Source of the DNA: a bacterium
Lineage (GTDB): Bacteria > Patescibacteriota > Minisyncoccia > Phycocordibacterales > UBA12445
Assembly: GCA_030648005.1 (NCBI GenBank)
Contig: JAUSIP010000001.1
Coordinates: 6,662-70,661 of the forward strand
Length of the DNA: 64,000 bases
Direction: 5' to 3'
A program made the position numbers and the translations under genes. A model generated the notes under the pieces. That model did not search any database. It was not told the origin of the DNA and was given only the letters and a program-made list of their open reading frames with translations. Shown piece after piece: positions 46,314 through 55,073 of the stretch. Position 1 is the stretch's first letter, and each line of letters opens with the position of its first letter.

Positions 46314-46629
46314 ATTTTCTTTTTGGTTTTTCTGCCAGAGATCGAGGTCGTTTTGCGATCATCTCTTCAAGAGATACCCAGTTTTTATAATCTCCCGACC
46401 TTACAGCCTCATCAGTCTCAGTGACTTCCTTCTCTAGATCAGGAAAAGTACGAAGGACATCTAATGTTTCCACCCAGGATTCATATTCTTCCGCAGACAT
46501 AATAACCACCTTTGGCTTGCCGTCGGCAGTTAATGTATAAACTTTGTTTGGTGACTGCACTTCGTCAGCAATCTCAAAAATACGCTTGCGCGCATCGGAT
46601 ATAGAAATTGTTGTTTTTACATTTGTCAT
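46264..46629 (-). CDS. Phd/YefM-family antitoxin
   Basis: ISISDARKRIFEIADEV...VVIMSAEEYESWVETLDV. Confidence 0.65.
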   Translation of the reverse strand: MTNVKTTISISDARKRIFEIADEVQSPNKVYTLTADGKPKVVIMSAEEYESWVETLDVLRTFPDLEKEVTETDEAVRSGDYKNWVSLEEMIAKRPRSLAEKPKRKYGIHTKDQTKSRKESR

Positions 46630-46684
46630 GTTATGTACACTATAGCGTACATAGTATATTATCGCAAGCCACCTGTCTCTCCAC

Positions 46685-47278
46685 TTAAGGGCAGGGTGCG
46701 AATTCGCAGTTGGGGCCGGTGCGCCCGACAGCCGAGCCGTCAGGGCAGATCTTCGCCTCCATAGTACATGCCCTCATAGGCGGAGGTGTAGGCAGCGGCG
46801 GGGTCGGCATACTAACACCGCCTGTAGTTAGGTCGAAAAACACCGGTATCTCGAGAACGTCGTCGTGCTCGGGCAAGCCGGAAGGGTTGTCCTTCCGGAG
46901 TATCAGGGTTCCCCTGTTGCTTGATGCTTTTTTGTTGACCGTAAAAGTAATGGTGGCTTCGTACAGCACGAACTCCGGCGTCATCCACTCGCTCTGTGCT
47001 GTAGCAAAACTCTCCACCAGCACCTTGCCGTCCGCGTCGAGTAAGGTCACCGGGAAGCTGGCTTCAAAGTACCAGTTGCCTCTTGCCTCGCCTCTTATAA
47101 CGAGCGGGCTCTTGATGACTTGGTTCGGGCGCGGAGAGTCGACGCGGATAAGGTTCGATTTTTCATTTTCGAAATTCGTCACAACCGAAGCCGGCGCCTC
47201 TTTTCGCGCCATTTTTAACCCAACGCCAAGACCTGCGATAAATAATAGAGTGATAACTACTGCTAAAATATTTTTCAT
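46685..47278 (-). CDS. secreted Gmad2 immunoglobulin-like domain protein
   Basis: Start ATG 47278; SPLVIRGEARGNWYFEASFPVTLLDADGKVL pattern. Confidence 0.5.
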   Translation of the reverse strand: MKNILAVVITLLFIAGLGVGLKMARKEAPASVVTNFENEKSNLIRVDSPRPNQVIKSPLVIRGEARGNWYFEASFPVTLLDADGKVLVESFATAQSEWMTPEFVLYEATITFTVNKKASSNRGTLILRKDNPSGLPEHDDVLEIPVFFDLTTGGVSMPTPPLPTPPPMRACTMEAKICPDGSAVGRTGPNCEFAPCP

Positions 47279-47294
47279 AAGGCTAATTATAGCT

Positions 47295-48539
47295 CTAGGC
47301 ATTGCTCCCCGCAATGTAACCTGTTGTCCAGCAGAGCTGGAGAGAGTAGCCACCAGAAGGCCTGTTGATGTGCAGCAGGTCGCCAGTAATAAATAGATTA
47401 TCGAGCTTCAAAGAACGCATAGTTTTAGTGTCTACTTCGTCGAGTACCACTCCCCCGTCGGCGGCCACTGCGCGGTCGCTACCCATCAGGCTAGTGATAG
47501 TTACCGGTAGGGATTTCAAAATGCGTACTATCTTTTTCCTCTCTTCAACAATAACGCTGTTTATCTTTTTATCAGGATCAAGTCCATCTATGAGAGAAAG
47601 GATCCTGTCACCGGTGCCCGGTGGGGCAACTTCACGGAAAACATTTTTCAAATTCTTATTTTTGTTAGCATCAAAAAGTTCAATAACTTTCTTCTCTAAA
47701 TCGCCGATATCTAAATCCGGATATGTATCAATAGTAGCTGTAACGACACCGGAACGAAGCAACCCATCAACATCTTTAGCACTGTTCAAGATCAGCGGAC
47801 CGGAGAGACCGAAGTGGGTGAATAGTATCTTACCTGTTTTAGAAAATCTTTTTTTGCTGTCTAAGAAAAAAGTAATCTTCATGGATTCAATAGAAACACC
47901 GGGAAGATCTTTGATCCACCTGTCAGCTACAGCAAGTGGAACAATAGTTGGTGTTGGCGGTACAGTGGTGTGACCGAGAGCGTTCAACCAGTTGAAGCCG
48001 TCGCCTGTAGAACCCGTCTCCGGATGTGAGATTCCGCCAGTAGCTAAGACCACAGACTTGGCTTTATATAAAATTCCATTCGAGATAACGCCTTCAACTT
48101 TATTACCAACAGAAACTATTTTAGAAACCGGCGACATATTCTTCACCACAACACCGTTATCACGAACATAATGCTCCATAACCTTGAAAACATCCAGGGC
48201 CTTTTCTGTCTTAGGGAAAGCACGCTTTTTAGCCTGTACAACAAGCGGGAGACCATGTGATTCAAAAAAGTTGAAAGTCTCCTTAACTCCAAATTGTGAG
48301 AATGAAGAATACAAGAACTGCTCTGCATCGCCGTAATTCTTCAGAAGCGCGCGGATGTCAAACTCGGCATTAGTAATATTGCATCTGCCACCACCGGTGA
48401 TCTTCAACTTCTCACCAAGCAACCTATTTTTTTCCAGTAGCAAAACTTTCTTCCCAAGCTCCCCCGCCCGGCCGGCGGCCATTATACCGGAAGCTCCGCC
48501 CCCGACAACAATGACATCATATTGTTCTTCTGAAGCCAC
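47295..48539 (-). CDS. HI0933/BaiN-like FAD-dependent flavoprotein
   Basis: YDVIVVGGGASGIMAA...GGGRCNITN. Confidence 0.8.
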   Translation of the reverse strand: MASEEQYDVIVVGGGASGIMAAGRAGELGKKVLLLEKNRLLGEKLKITGGGRCNITNAEFDIRALLKNYGDAEQFLYSSFSQFGVKETFNFFESHGLPLVVQAKKRAFPKTEKALDVFKVMEHYVRDNGVVVKNMSPVSKIVSVGNKVEGVISNGILYKAKSVVLATGGISHPETGSTGDGFNWLNALGHTTVPPTPTIVPLAVADRWIKDLPGVSIESMKITFFLDSKKRFSKTGKILFTHFGLSGPLILNSAKDVDGLLRSGVVTATIDTYPDLDIGDLEKKVIELFDANKNKNLKNVFREVAPPGTGDRILSLIDGLDPDKKINSVIVEERKKIVRILKSLPVTITSLMGSDRAVAADGGVVLDEVDTKTMRSLKLDNLFITGDLLHINRPSGGYSLQLCWTTGYIAGSNA

Positions 48540-48548
48540 ACAATCAAA

Positions 48549-49325
48549 CTAGTCTGCCCAGATAACATGAGTAAAAACCTTCTTACCATTTCCAAGATCT
48601 CGTACATAGAGCGATGGTCGGCCGTCTGCAGAATTTTTTATACTCTTACCCCAACTCTTTGGGTCATCGTGGTTAACCACATCTGATGCTCCCTGAGAGA
48701 AAGCTGTTTGACTGCTTGTATTCGTACTGTCCAGATGAGCATAGATAGTATCCAACATATCGTAATCATGCTGGTTAGGATGCTGGTTAGAAAGTGGATT
48801 ACTTGTATAGTCCATACATGTATCAAGGTTTGGATTATTGAAATCCTCATCTTGGTGATTTAGACCAAAGACGTGTCCAACTTCTTGGCACATTACAAAA
48901 GCCTTCCACTCCGGTTTGTTATAAGCAGGTTTGACAAAGTAACTGTCGTTGAGCTTTGTGGTGGCTTGGACAATATGTTCACCGTTCGTCCAGACACTCG
49001 CGATACCAAGCCAGCCATTGCTTCCATATTTACTGTTGCACACTTCGATCCGCCCAAGAGTGGCTCTGCAATTTTTCGGATTAGAAGTGCCGGCAACAAC
49101 TACCGTATCTAATACTGAAGACAAACTCCAGTCACTCGAAGCGAGAGCAAGATACGAATCCCAAGATGTTGAGACATTGTCACCAAGCTTCAGGGTCAAA
49201 GGATTAGCAGTACGTGCCCAGTGGTACCCACCCCAAGAATGATCGGCATATGCGACAGATACTAAAGTACCTAGAGAGAGTACAGATGCGGCCGCAAACT
49301 TACTGAAATTAGAAAATTTAAACAT
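48549..49325 (-). CDS. secreted metzincin-type zinc metalloprotease
   Basis: Signal peptide; HEVGHVFGLNH (HExxHxxGxxH). Confidence 0.7.
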   Translation of the reverse strand: MFKFSNFSKFAAASVLSLGTLVSVAYADHSWGGYHWARTANPLTLKLGDNVSTSWDSYLALASSDWSLSSVLDTVVVAGTSNPKNCRATLGRIEVCNSKYGSNGWLGIASVWTNGEHIVQATTKLNDSYFVKPAYNKPEWKAFVMCQEVGHVFGLNHQDEDFNNPNLDTCMDYTSNPLSNQHPNQHDYDMLDTIYAHLDSTNTSSQTAFSQGASDVVNHDDPKSWGKSIKNSADGRPSLYVRDLGNGKKVFTHVIWAD

Positions 49326-49379
49326 TGTGATGAAATTATTACTAATATTAAATTTTTATCTTTATCTAATGTATCAATT

Positions 49380-50873
49380 TTACTTCTCCAAATCAAGCTC
49401 TTCATCTATGCGGATCTCAGCCACAAACTCCGGCACGTGGCTTACTAATATCATAGCACCTTCATACTTATTGAGTGCTTCGGCGATGATAGGCAAGTGG
49501 CGGAAATTAATATGGTTAGTCGGCTCGTCGAGTATAAGCAGACCCGGCTTCTGAAGCACGAGGCGAGCGAAAGCTACCAAGCCCTTCTGCCCCTCTGATA
49601 GACTGCCGATCTTGCTGTGCATAAGATCACCGGTGATGAGAAACCCCGCAGCAGTGCCTCGCATCGCATGTTCATCAGACTTCTTCATAATAGACAGAAG
49701 CGAATCAAAGACAGTATCTTCGAAGTTAAGCGTGGAGAAATCTTGACGGTAATAACCGACAACTGTGTCCTTCGCGATAACCGAACCGGAAGCTGTGCCC
49801 TTAGCAATAGCCTCAAGTAGAGTGGACTTGCCGATGCCATTTGGACCTTTCAAAAGCAAGTGCTGATTCTTACGAAGTGTAAGACTGGCCTTGTGTTTAA
49901 CAATCGGATTCGCGACCTTACCCTTCTTCGAGACGTGAGGATTAGTGCTTATAGTATTAAATTCAGTGATACTAAGTATCGTACCGGACAGATCCGTCTG
50001 TGAAGGAATAATGAAGGGGCGGATAGTCCTGTCCTCCTTTCTCGTATCCACCTTACTCTCCTCAAGCTCCTCTGCTAAATCGCGCATACGCTTGGCAACC
50101 AAACGCATCTGACCGCCCTTATTAGCGAAAGAGTTGGCCTTATCCTTCTTCTCTTGTATCTGCTTCTCCAACTGGGCATTCTGCCTATTCTCCCTCTCCA
50201 CTCGAGCAGAGATCTCTCTAACGACATTGAAATAGTTGCCGGTGTACTGCTCAACTTTCTTAGTGAAGATATCCAGATACAAAACTCCGTCGGTGAAAGC
50301 GTTGAGGAAGTCCGAATCGTGCGAAATGACAATCACAGTCTTGGTATAATTCTTCAAGAACTGCGTGAGATGCGCGATCCCCGCTTTGTCTAAGTTGTTG
50401 GTCGGCTCATCAAGTAGAAGCAGATCAGGATCTTGTATCAGTGCCGAAGCCAGAAGAAGTCGTGCCTGCTGTCCGCCGGAGAAGGAACGGACGATGCGGT
50501 CATGCAACTTTTCATGGCCTTTCAAATTCACAACTTCAAGCACTTCGTCTATCTTGGGATCGATGTCGTAGATTTTATCTGCAAACTGCCTTTCGAAAAA
50601 TTCGCGGACAGTCAGGTCAAGCATATCGCGTGGGATGATCTGTCTCGCGAGCGCAATAGTCAGACCATGCGAAAGAAAGACATCGCCAGAGTCCGGCTTC
50701 AGACCACCAGTAATAAGCTGAAAGATAGTACTCTTCCCTCCACCGTTCTGCCCCATGACCGTGATCTTGGAGTTCTTGCGAACAGAGAAAGAGACCGCAT
50801 CCAGAATGGGCTTGTTCTCTTCGTATTGAAAGCCGGCGTCTTCAAACCGGAGTATCACTTCGTCTTTTGCCAT
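49380..50873 (-). CDS. ABC-F family ATPase (two ABC domains, no TMD)
   Basis: Two Walker A/B sets and a linker between domains. Confidence 0.85.
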   Translation of the reverse strand: MAKDEVILRFEDAGFQYEENKPILDAVSFSVRKNSKITVMGQNGGGKSTIFQLITGGLKPDSGDVFLSHGLTIALARQIIPRDMLDLTVREFFERQFADKIYDIDPKIDEVLEVVNLKGHEKLHDRIVRSFSGGQQARLLLASALIQDPDLLLLDEPTNNLDKAGIAHLTQFLKNYTKTVIVISHDSDFLNAFTDGVLYLDIFTKKVEQYTGNYFNVVREISARVERENRQNAQLEKQIQEKKDKANSFANKGGQMRLVAKRMRDLAEELEESKVDTRKEDRTIRPFIIPSQTDLSGTILSITEFNTISTNPHVSKKGKVANPIVKHKASLTLRKNQHLLLKGPNGIGKSTLLEAIAKGTASGSVIAKDTVVGYYRQDFSTLNFEDTVFDSLLSIMKKSDEHAMRGTAAGFLITGDLMHSKIGSLSEGQKGLVAFARLVLQKPGLLILDEPTNHINFRHLPIIAEALNKYEGAMILVSHVPEFVAEIRIDEELDLEK

Positions 50874-50950
50874 GGCCTAGAGCCTAACACAAATTTGACA
50901 AAAAGAAAAACCACCAATCTAATTGGTGGTAGGGGTAAGAATGAGAGAAT

Positions 50951-51487
50951 TTAGACACAATCTGTGGCGGATATAATCGCTCGGCCATAGAGAGCTTTGG
51001 TTATCTTATCCTCACTGCCGTACTTTCGGAAACCAGTATCATCTCTTACTGAAGGATTCCGCTCTTCCAATTCCTTGAAGTATTCCTTCCAGTCAAACAC
51101 CTTCTTCGGAGGAGCCTTCGTGATGATACTCTGAGGGTAAAGGATGTCCAATTTCGTGCCATCAGTCTTCTGACACTTAAACGTAATCGGCAAACCATGA
51201 CTTCGCAAACCATCAGGTTTCAACCAGCCCGCGACCCTATCAAAAAGAACTCCAATCACCTTGTATCTATTCCCAGTGAAAAACTTATTATCTCGTCCAA
51301 GAGATCTAGCAGTATCTCCTCTAATCCATCCTTCAACCACTCCCCAAACTTCAAGAATGTCCCCCTCCCCGCAAACAGGTAGTGAGATCCCATTGCTCTC
51401 GCACTGTAATGCCTGCTTGTCGTCTAGAAAGAGAAACCCACAGAACTGACACATGAAGACGACGGGGCGTCTGATTACAAGTGGCAT
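50951..51487 (-). CDS. hypothetical protein with N-terminal CxxC zinc-ribbon
   Basis: Overlaps the upstream ORF by 13 nt (operon). Confidence 0.45.
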   Translation of the reverse strand: MPLVIRRPVVFMCQFCGFLFLDDKQALQCESNGISLPVCGEGDILEVWGVVEGWIRGDTARSLGRDNKFFTGNRYKVIGVLFDRVAGWLKPDGLRSHGLPITFKCQKTDGTKLDILYPQSIITKAPPKKVFDWKEYFKELEERNPSVRDDTGFRKYGSEDKITKALYGRAIISATDCV

Positions 51488-51732
51488 GATTTTCCTCCTT
51501 CAGGTGGTGTGTGTACGAGGTGCCATGTGAGCCATGGGACATGCTTTTTGACGAGCGCGTTCAGATCGGGATAGACCATGATCGTGAAGAGGCCGAATGG
51601 GTGCTTGTATCTCTTCTTCACCATCTTGGCGGCTTTATTTACATTCTTTGCCTCCACAAATGCTATGTCCATATCAGAATGCGTGGGCGCGGCATAGCTG
51701 TAGGTGACTACGCAGAATTCTAGCATGAGCAC
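51475..51732 (-). CDS. hypothetical small protein
   Basis: Overlaps both neighbours by 13 nt; could start at the internal M. Confidence 0.35.
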   Translation of the reverse strand: MLMLEFCVVTYSYAAPTHSDMDIAFVEAKNVNKAAKMVKKRYKHPFGLFTIMVYPDLNALVKKHVPWLTWHLVHTPPEGGKSCHL

Positions 51733-52340
51733 CTTCTTTTCTGGGTATCATGATTAGGAATCTCGATATGCGAAACAGGAACCCACTTCATTGGCCCACG
51801 GACTTTATGACAATGTTCAGCTGAGATCTCGAGAGCATCAATGACGATCTTAGCGGGATCCATCTGCCCGAAGTCAGCACTCAGATAAGCATGATGCATG
51901 GCGCCAAGAGCATAAGAGAACCCCACCCCTATAGCGGCGAAGGGTAAGGCCGGATCTTGAATAGAATAATTCATGCCAATTTCATAAACCCAATTTCTAT
52001 AACAGATAAGAAAATTTGATCCTATCTCTTCCTCACCAGCCTTGTAATTACCTCTCTTGAAAAGCTTCTGCATGGCAGGAACCATCTTCAAGATTAGAAA
52101 ATTGCGATTGACCTCCCTATCGAGAGTTAGCTCCTTCTGCTCGGGCAACCTAAGAGATCTCATCAAATCTGCCGCGCGATAATCACCATCAAAGGCAATC
52201 ATAACATCCGGACTCTTAACCTGCTTGATTTTGAAGAATTTCACATCATTTCTTGTTGCGGCGTTATCGCCATAAGTACAGAGCGAGTCAGCGCCGACAA
52301 CTGTGAGATTATTGTGAACCAGCGCCACGACGCAAGTCAT
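51720..52340 (-). CDS. proteasome-family (HslV-like) N-terminal-nucleophile threonine peptidase
   Basis: MTCVVAL...VVGADS, IAFDGD, AIGVGFSYALGAM parallel the HslV motifs TTIVSV...IAGDGQ, AGFAGGTAD, AIGSGGPYA. Confidence 0.6.
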   Translation of the reverse strand: MTCVVALVHNNLTVVGADSLCTYGDNAATRNDVKFFKIKQVKSPDVMIAFDGDYRAADLMRSLRLPEQKELTLDREVNRNFLILKMVPAMQKLFKRGNYKAGEEEIGSNFLICYRNWVYEIGMNYSIQDPALPFAAIGVGFSYALGAMHHAYLSADFGQMDPAKIVIDALEISAEHCHKVRGPMKWVPVSHIEIPNHDTQKRRCSC

Positions 52341-52398
52341 AGGAACCCCTCCCTATATCAAAAAAACATTGTTCTAAACTCAAACTATCAAAAATGTC

Positions 52399-52857
52399 CT
52401 ATGATGTAAATGTCGAGGATTTCGGCGCGACCCTGGCGCCGATCACGACCGCCAGCGCGGCGATCAAGATATTTTTTATAATATACTGACCTTCAAGAGT
52501 TGGAACTAGAAGTCCTTGCCATGTAATATCCGACAAAAGTAAAAGTGGCATAGCAGTAGTGACCAGGTGTAAGCAGAGGAAAAATATCGCCACCCGTTCT
52601 AGTCCGGTGATAAGGAACAGTATACCGATCGTCATCTCATAAATCGCAAATAAAGTATAAAAGAGAGTAAAAGGCATGAAGCCTATTGTCTTATCAAAAA
52701 GAGCAAGCACAAGCGGGCCAGCCGGACTCGCACCGATAAGCTTCAAAGCTCCGAACCAGAAGTAAACAATAAAGATCGCTGTCCGCGCCATAGGTACCTC
52801 CAGCCTTCGAAGATGGGAGATCACCCTCGCGTCAATTTTATGGAACCGTTCTTGCAT
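52399..52857 (-). CDS. DoxX-like small membrane protein
   Basis: Four predicted TM helices; an internal start is possible. Confidence 0.4.
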   Translation of the reverse strand: MQERFHKIDARVISHLRRLEVPMARTAIFIVYFWFGALKLIGASPAGPLVLALFDKTIGFMPFTLFYTLFAIYEMTIGILFLITGLERVAIFFLCLHLVTTAMPLLLLSDITWQGLLVPTLEGQYIIKNILIAALAVVIGARVAPKSSTFTS

Positions 52858-52892
52858 AGAATTAATTATAACATATTGATTTTGATTTAATA

Positions 52893-52918
52893 AAAAAAAC
52901 CCCGATGACCATCGGGGG
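52893..52918 (-). terminator. rho-independent terminator
   Basis: CCCCGATG/CATCGGGG stem plus T8 on the minus strand. Confidence 0.8.
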
Positions 52919-52924
52919 CGCTAG

Positions 52925-53278
52925 CTAATTTACATTGGATGGTGGTAGCGGATTATCCTGTGGCTCAGCTTCGGGGATTTCTTCAACTATCTCGCTGTGT
53001 TCATCCTGAATGTTTTCATATCTAACCTTAACCACGAGCATATCTGCATGGTTTGATTTAAGAACCGGGTCAACAGCCACAAACAGAGCATAGTCGTCAA
53101 ACAACAACTTCAATATAGCCCACCTTCTGTCTTCGGGAATCTCACCCATCCTCTGCTTACTTCTCCATTCACCATCCAACCCCTCTAGAGCTTCAATGAA
53201 CGTCTCGAACTCCTCAATTTTTTTAAAATTTGGAGGTTCTCTCCCACTCCAGAGTGGTATCCTTTTTGGTCTGTACAT
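52925..53278 (-). CDS. hypothetical protein
   Basis: Start ATG 53278 with RBS GGAGG. Confidence 0.45.
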   Translation of the reverse strand: MYRPKRIPLWSGREPPNFKKIEEFETFIEALEGLDGEWRSKQRMGEIPEDRRWAILKLLFDDYALFVAVDPVLKSNHADMLVVKVRYENIQDEHSEIVEEIPEAEPQDNPLPPSNVN

Positions 53279-53359
53279 GACAACCTCCCAACAGTTAGTT
53301 ATCAATCAACTACCCTTTCATAAAATAACATTTTATGGATAGCCTGGGCAAGTTAGTGT

Positions 53360-53545
53360 CTAGTTTTTCCAATGGAGTACAATCTCAAAATAAAGGAAGA
53401 GTGCCCCGGTGACTGCCCAAGATAGGATCTCGAAGATTATCGGCTTGAAATTTATTTTATGCAGGGTCATTGCGAGTGATCCGAAAACAACTATCAGCAC
53501 GGCGAGTAATACAATCAACTCTTTCTGTGTTTCTATCACGCTCAA
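53360..53545 (-). CDS. hypothetical small membrane protein
   Basis: 61 aa, two TM helices. Confidence 0.35.
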   Translation of the reverse strand: MSVIETQKELIVLLAVLIVVFGSLAMTLHKINFKPIIFEILSWAVTGALFLYFEIVLHWKN

Positions 53546-53661
53546 CCTCTCCTTTTGGAATTTCTAAACTAACCTTACCAAATATTTATATATTATAAAA
53601 GACCCCCATCTTTTGCTTTTTTAGTAATAATTTGATATATTTTACTTCATATTCCTCGGTA

Positions 53662-53708
53662 GTCCCGATTCGATTCATCGAATCGAGGATCCCGACAGGG
53701 GTCGGGAC
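53662..53708. repeat. miniature inverted-repeat element, copy 3, inserted in an orphan tRNA-Asn 5' fragment
   Basis: GTCCCGATTCGATTCATCGAATCGAGGATCCCGACAGGGGTCGGGAC, flanked by TCCTCGGTA and TCAGTGGTTTAGTTGTTAAC (tRNA-Asn positions 1-9 and roughly 12-38). Confidence 0.75.
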
Positions 53709-53735
53709 TCAGTGGTTTAGTTGTTAACTTAATAT

Positions 53736-53810
53736 TCCTCGGTAGCTCAGTGGTAGAGCAGCTCGCTGTTAACGAGTTGGTCGTAGGTTCGAATCCTACC
53801 CGGGGAGCCA
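53736..53810 (+). tRNA. tRNA-Asn (anticodon GTT), CCA encoded
   Basis: Hand fold: acceptor TCCTCGG/CCGGGGA, loop CTGTTAA, T-arm GTAGGTTCGAATCCTAC. Confidence 0.85.
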
Positions 53811-53948
53811 AGTGAGCGAAGCGAACGCTCCACGAGCAAGCAAACTGCTTTGCTTGCGTGGTAGGATTCGAAAAGGTTCTCCGTTATCCGATGGCAATCG
53901 GATCGGAAACCTGTACCGTTCATGTAATGAAAGAATCCTTCTAAAAAA

Positions 53949-54566
53949 ATGAAAAACCCCAAAGTAATAATCTACGACAACGACGGAATGATCTGCCATA
54001 GTGGCCGATTTAGCGACAGTTATTCTAAGGAGTTTGGGATTGAGATGGATATAATGAGTCCCTTTTTCGAAGGACCATTTAAAAACTGTCTCGTTGGAAA
54101 AGCAGACCTGAAAGAGGAGTTAGAAAAAGTTTTAGATATATGGAACTGGAAAGGGACAGCCAACCAGCTTCTTGATTACTGGTTTTCAGTAGGAAGCACG
54201 CTCGACGAGAAAGTTTTCCCTACTATTTCAAAATTTAAAGATCAAGGTCTAATAGTATGTCTGGCAACTAATCAGGAAAAATATCGAAAAGAATATTTAG
54301 TTACAAAATTTGGATACGACAAAGTATTTAATGAAATCTTTTCTTCTGCAGAACTAGGCGCTTATAAGAACAGCGAGAAGGGTCTCCAAAAAACTTTCGA
54401 CATCTTGAAAGATAAATATGGCATTGAAGATAGAGACGAGATCATGTACTGGGATGACCGAGAAGGAAATGTTGAACATATAAATCAGTTTGGTATGAAC
54501 GGTCAGCATTATAAAAATTATGAGGAGTTTAGGGATGTAATGGCCGGTCTTGGCTACTTAGTTTAA
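53949..54566 (+). CDS. HAD-superfamily hydrolase
   Basis: IIYDNDGMI (motif I), LATNQ, WDD. Confidence 0.6.
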   Translation: MKNPKVIIYDNDGMICHSGRFSDSYSKEFGIEMDIMSPFFEGPFKNCLVGKADLKEELEKVLDIWNWKGTANQLLDYWFSVGSTLDEKVFPTISKFKDQGLIVCLATNQEKYRKEYLVTKFGYDKVFNEIFSSAELGAYKNSEKGLQKTFDILKDKYGIEDRDEIMYWDDREGNVEHINQFGMNGQHYKNYEEFRDVMAGLGYLV

Positions 54567-54570
54567 TTTT

Positions 54571-54972
54571 ATGCAAAATAAAACAACTCACGAATCATTT
54601 GTTTTAAGACAATCCACACTTCCAAGTGCAGGAATCGGAGTGATTACCTTACACGACATAGCCAAGGGTACATATATGGAGCTTTTTCGTGATGGTTTTG
54701 AGGAGGAAATTAGGGATGAGTCTGATGTGCCGAAGCCACTCAGGGCATACTGTCTCTATCAGGGTAATGGCAAGATCTTATGTCCAAAAATGTTCAATCG
54801 TATGGATATCGGAAATTATCTCAATCACTCAGAGAACTGGAATATGGTCTATGAAAAAGGCAGGGGTTACTTTGCTTCTCGAGATATTAGAGCCGGAGAG
54901 GAACTCTTTGCCAACTATAGAGATCTGGGAGAGCCCGAAGACCAGAGAGAGGAGTATTACAAGGTGCATTAA
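54571..54972 (+). CDS. SET-domain protein (putative lysine methyltransferase)
   Basis: NHSENWN and GEELFANY motifs. Confidence 0.6.
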   Translation: MQNKTTHESFVLRQSTLPSAGIGVITLHDIAKGTYMELFRDGFEEEIRDESDVPKPLRAYCLYQGNGKILCPKMFNRMDIGNYLNHSENWNMVYEKGRGYFASRDIRAGEELFANYRDLGEPEDQREEYYKVH

Positions 54973-55043
54973 TACTTTGACCTTCAGCATTTCTTGGAGC
55001 AGAGCGAGTACGATGCGAAAGGTGTACTGTTCCCGTAATGAAA

Positions 55044-55061
55044 GAATCCTACCCGGGGAGC
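55044..55061 (+). repeat. direct orphan copy of the tRNA-Asn 3' end (GAATCCTACCCGGGGAGC)
   Basis: 18-nt identity with 53791..53808; preceded by the GGTGTACTG-hairpin motif. Confidence 0.8.
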
Positions 55062-55073
55062 AAAAATAAAATA

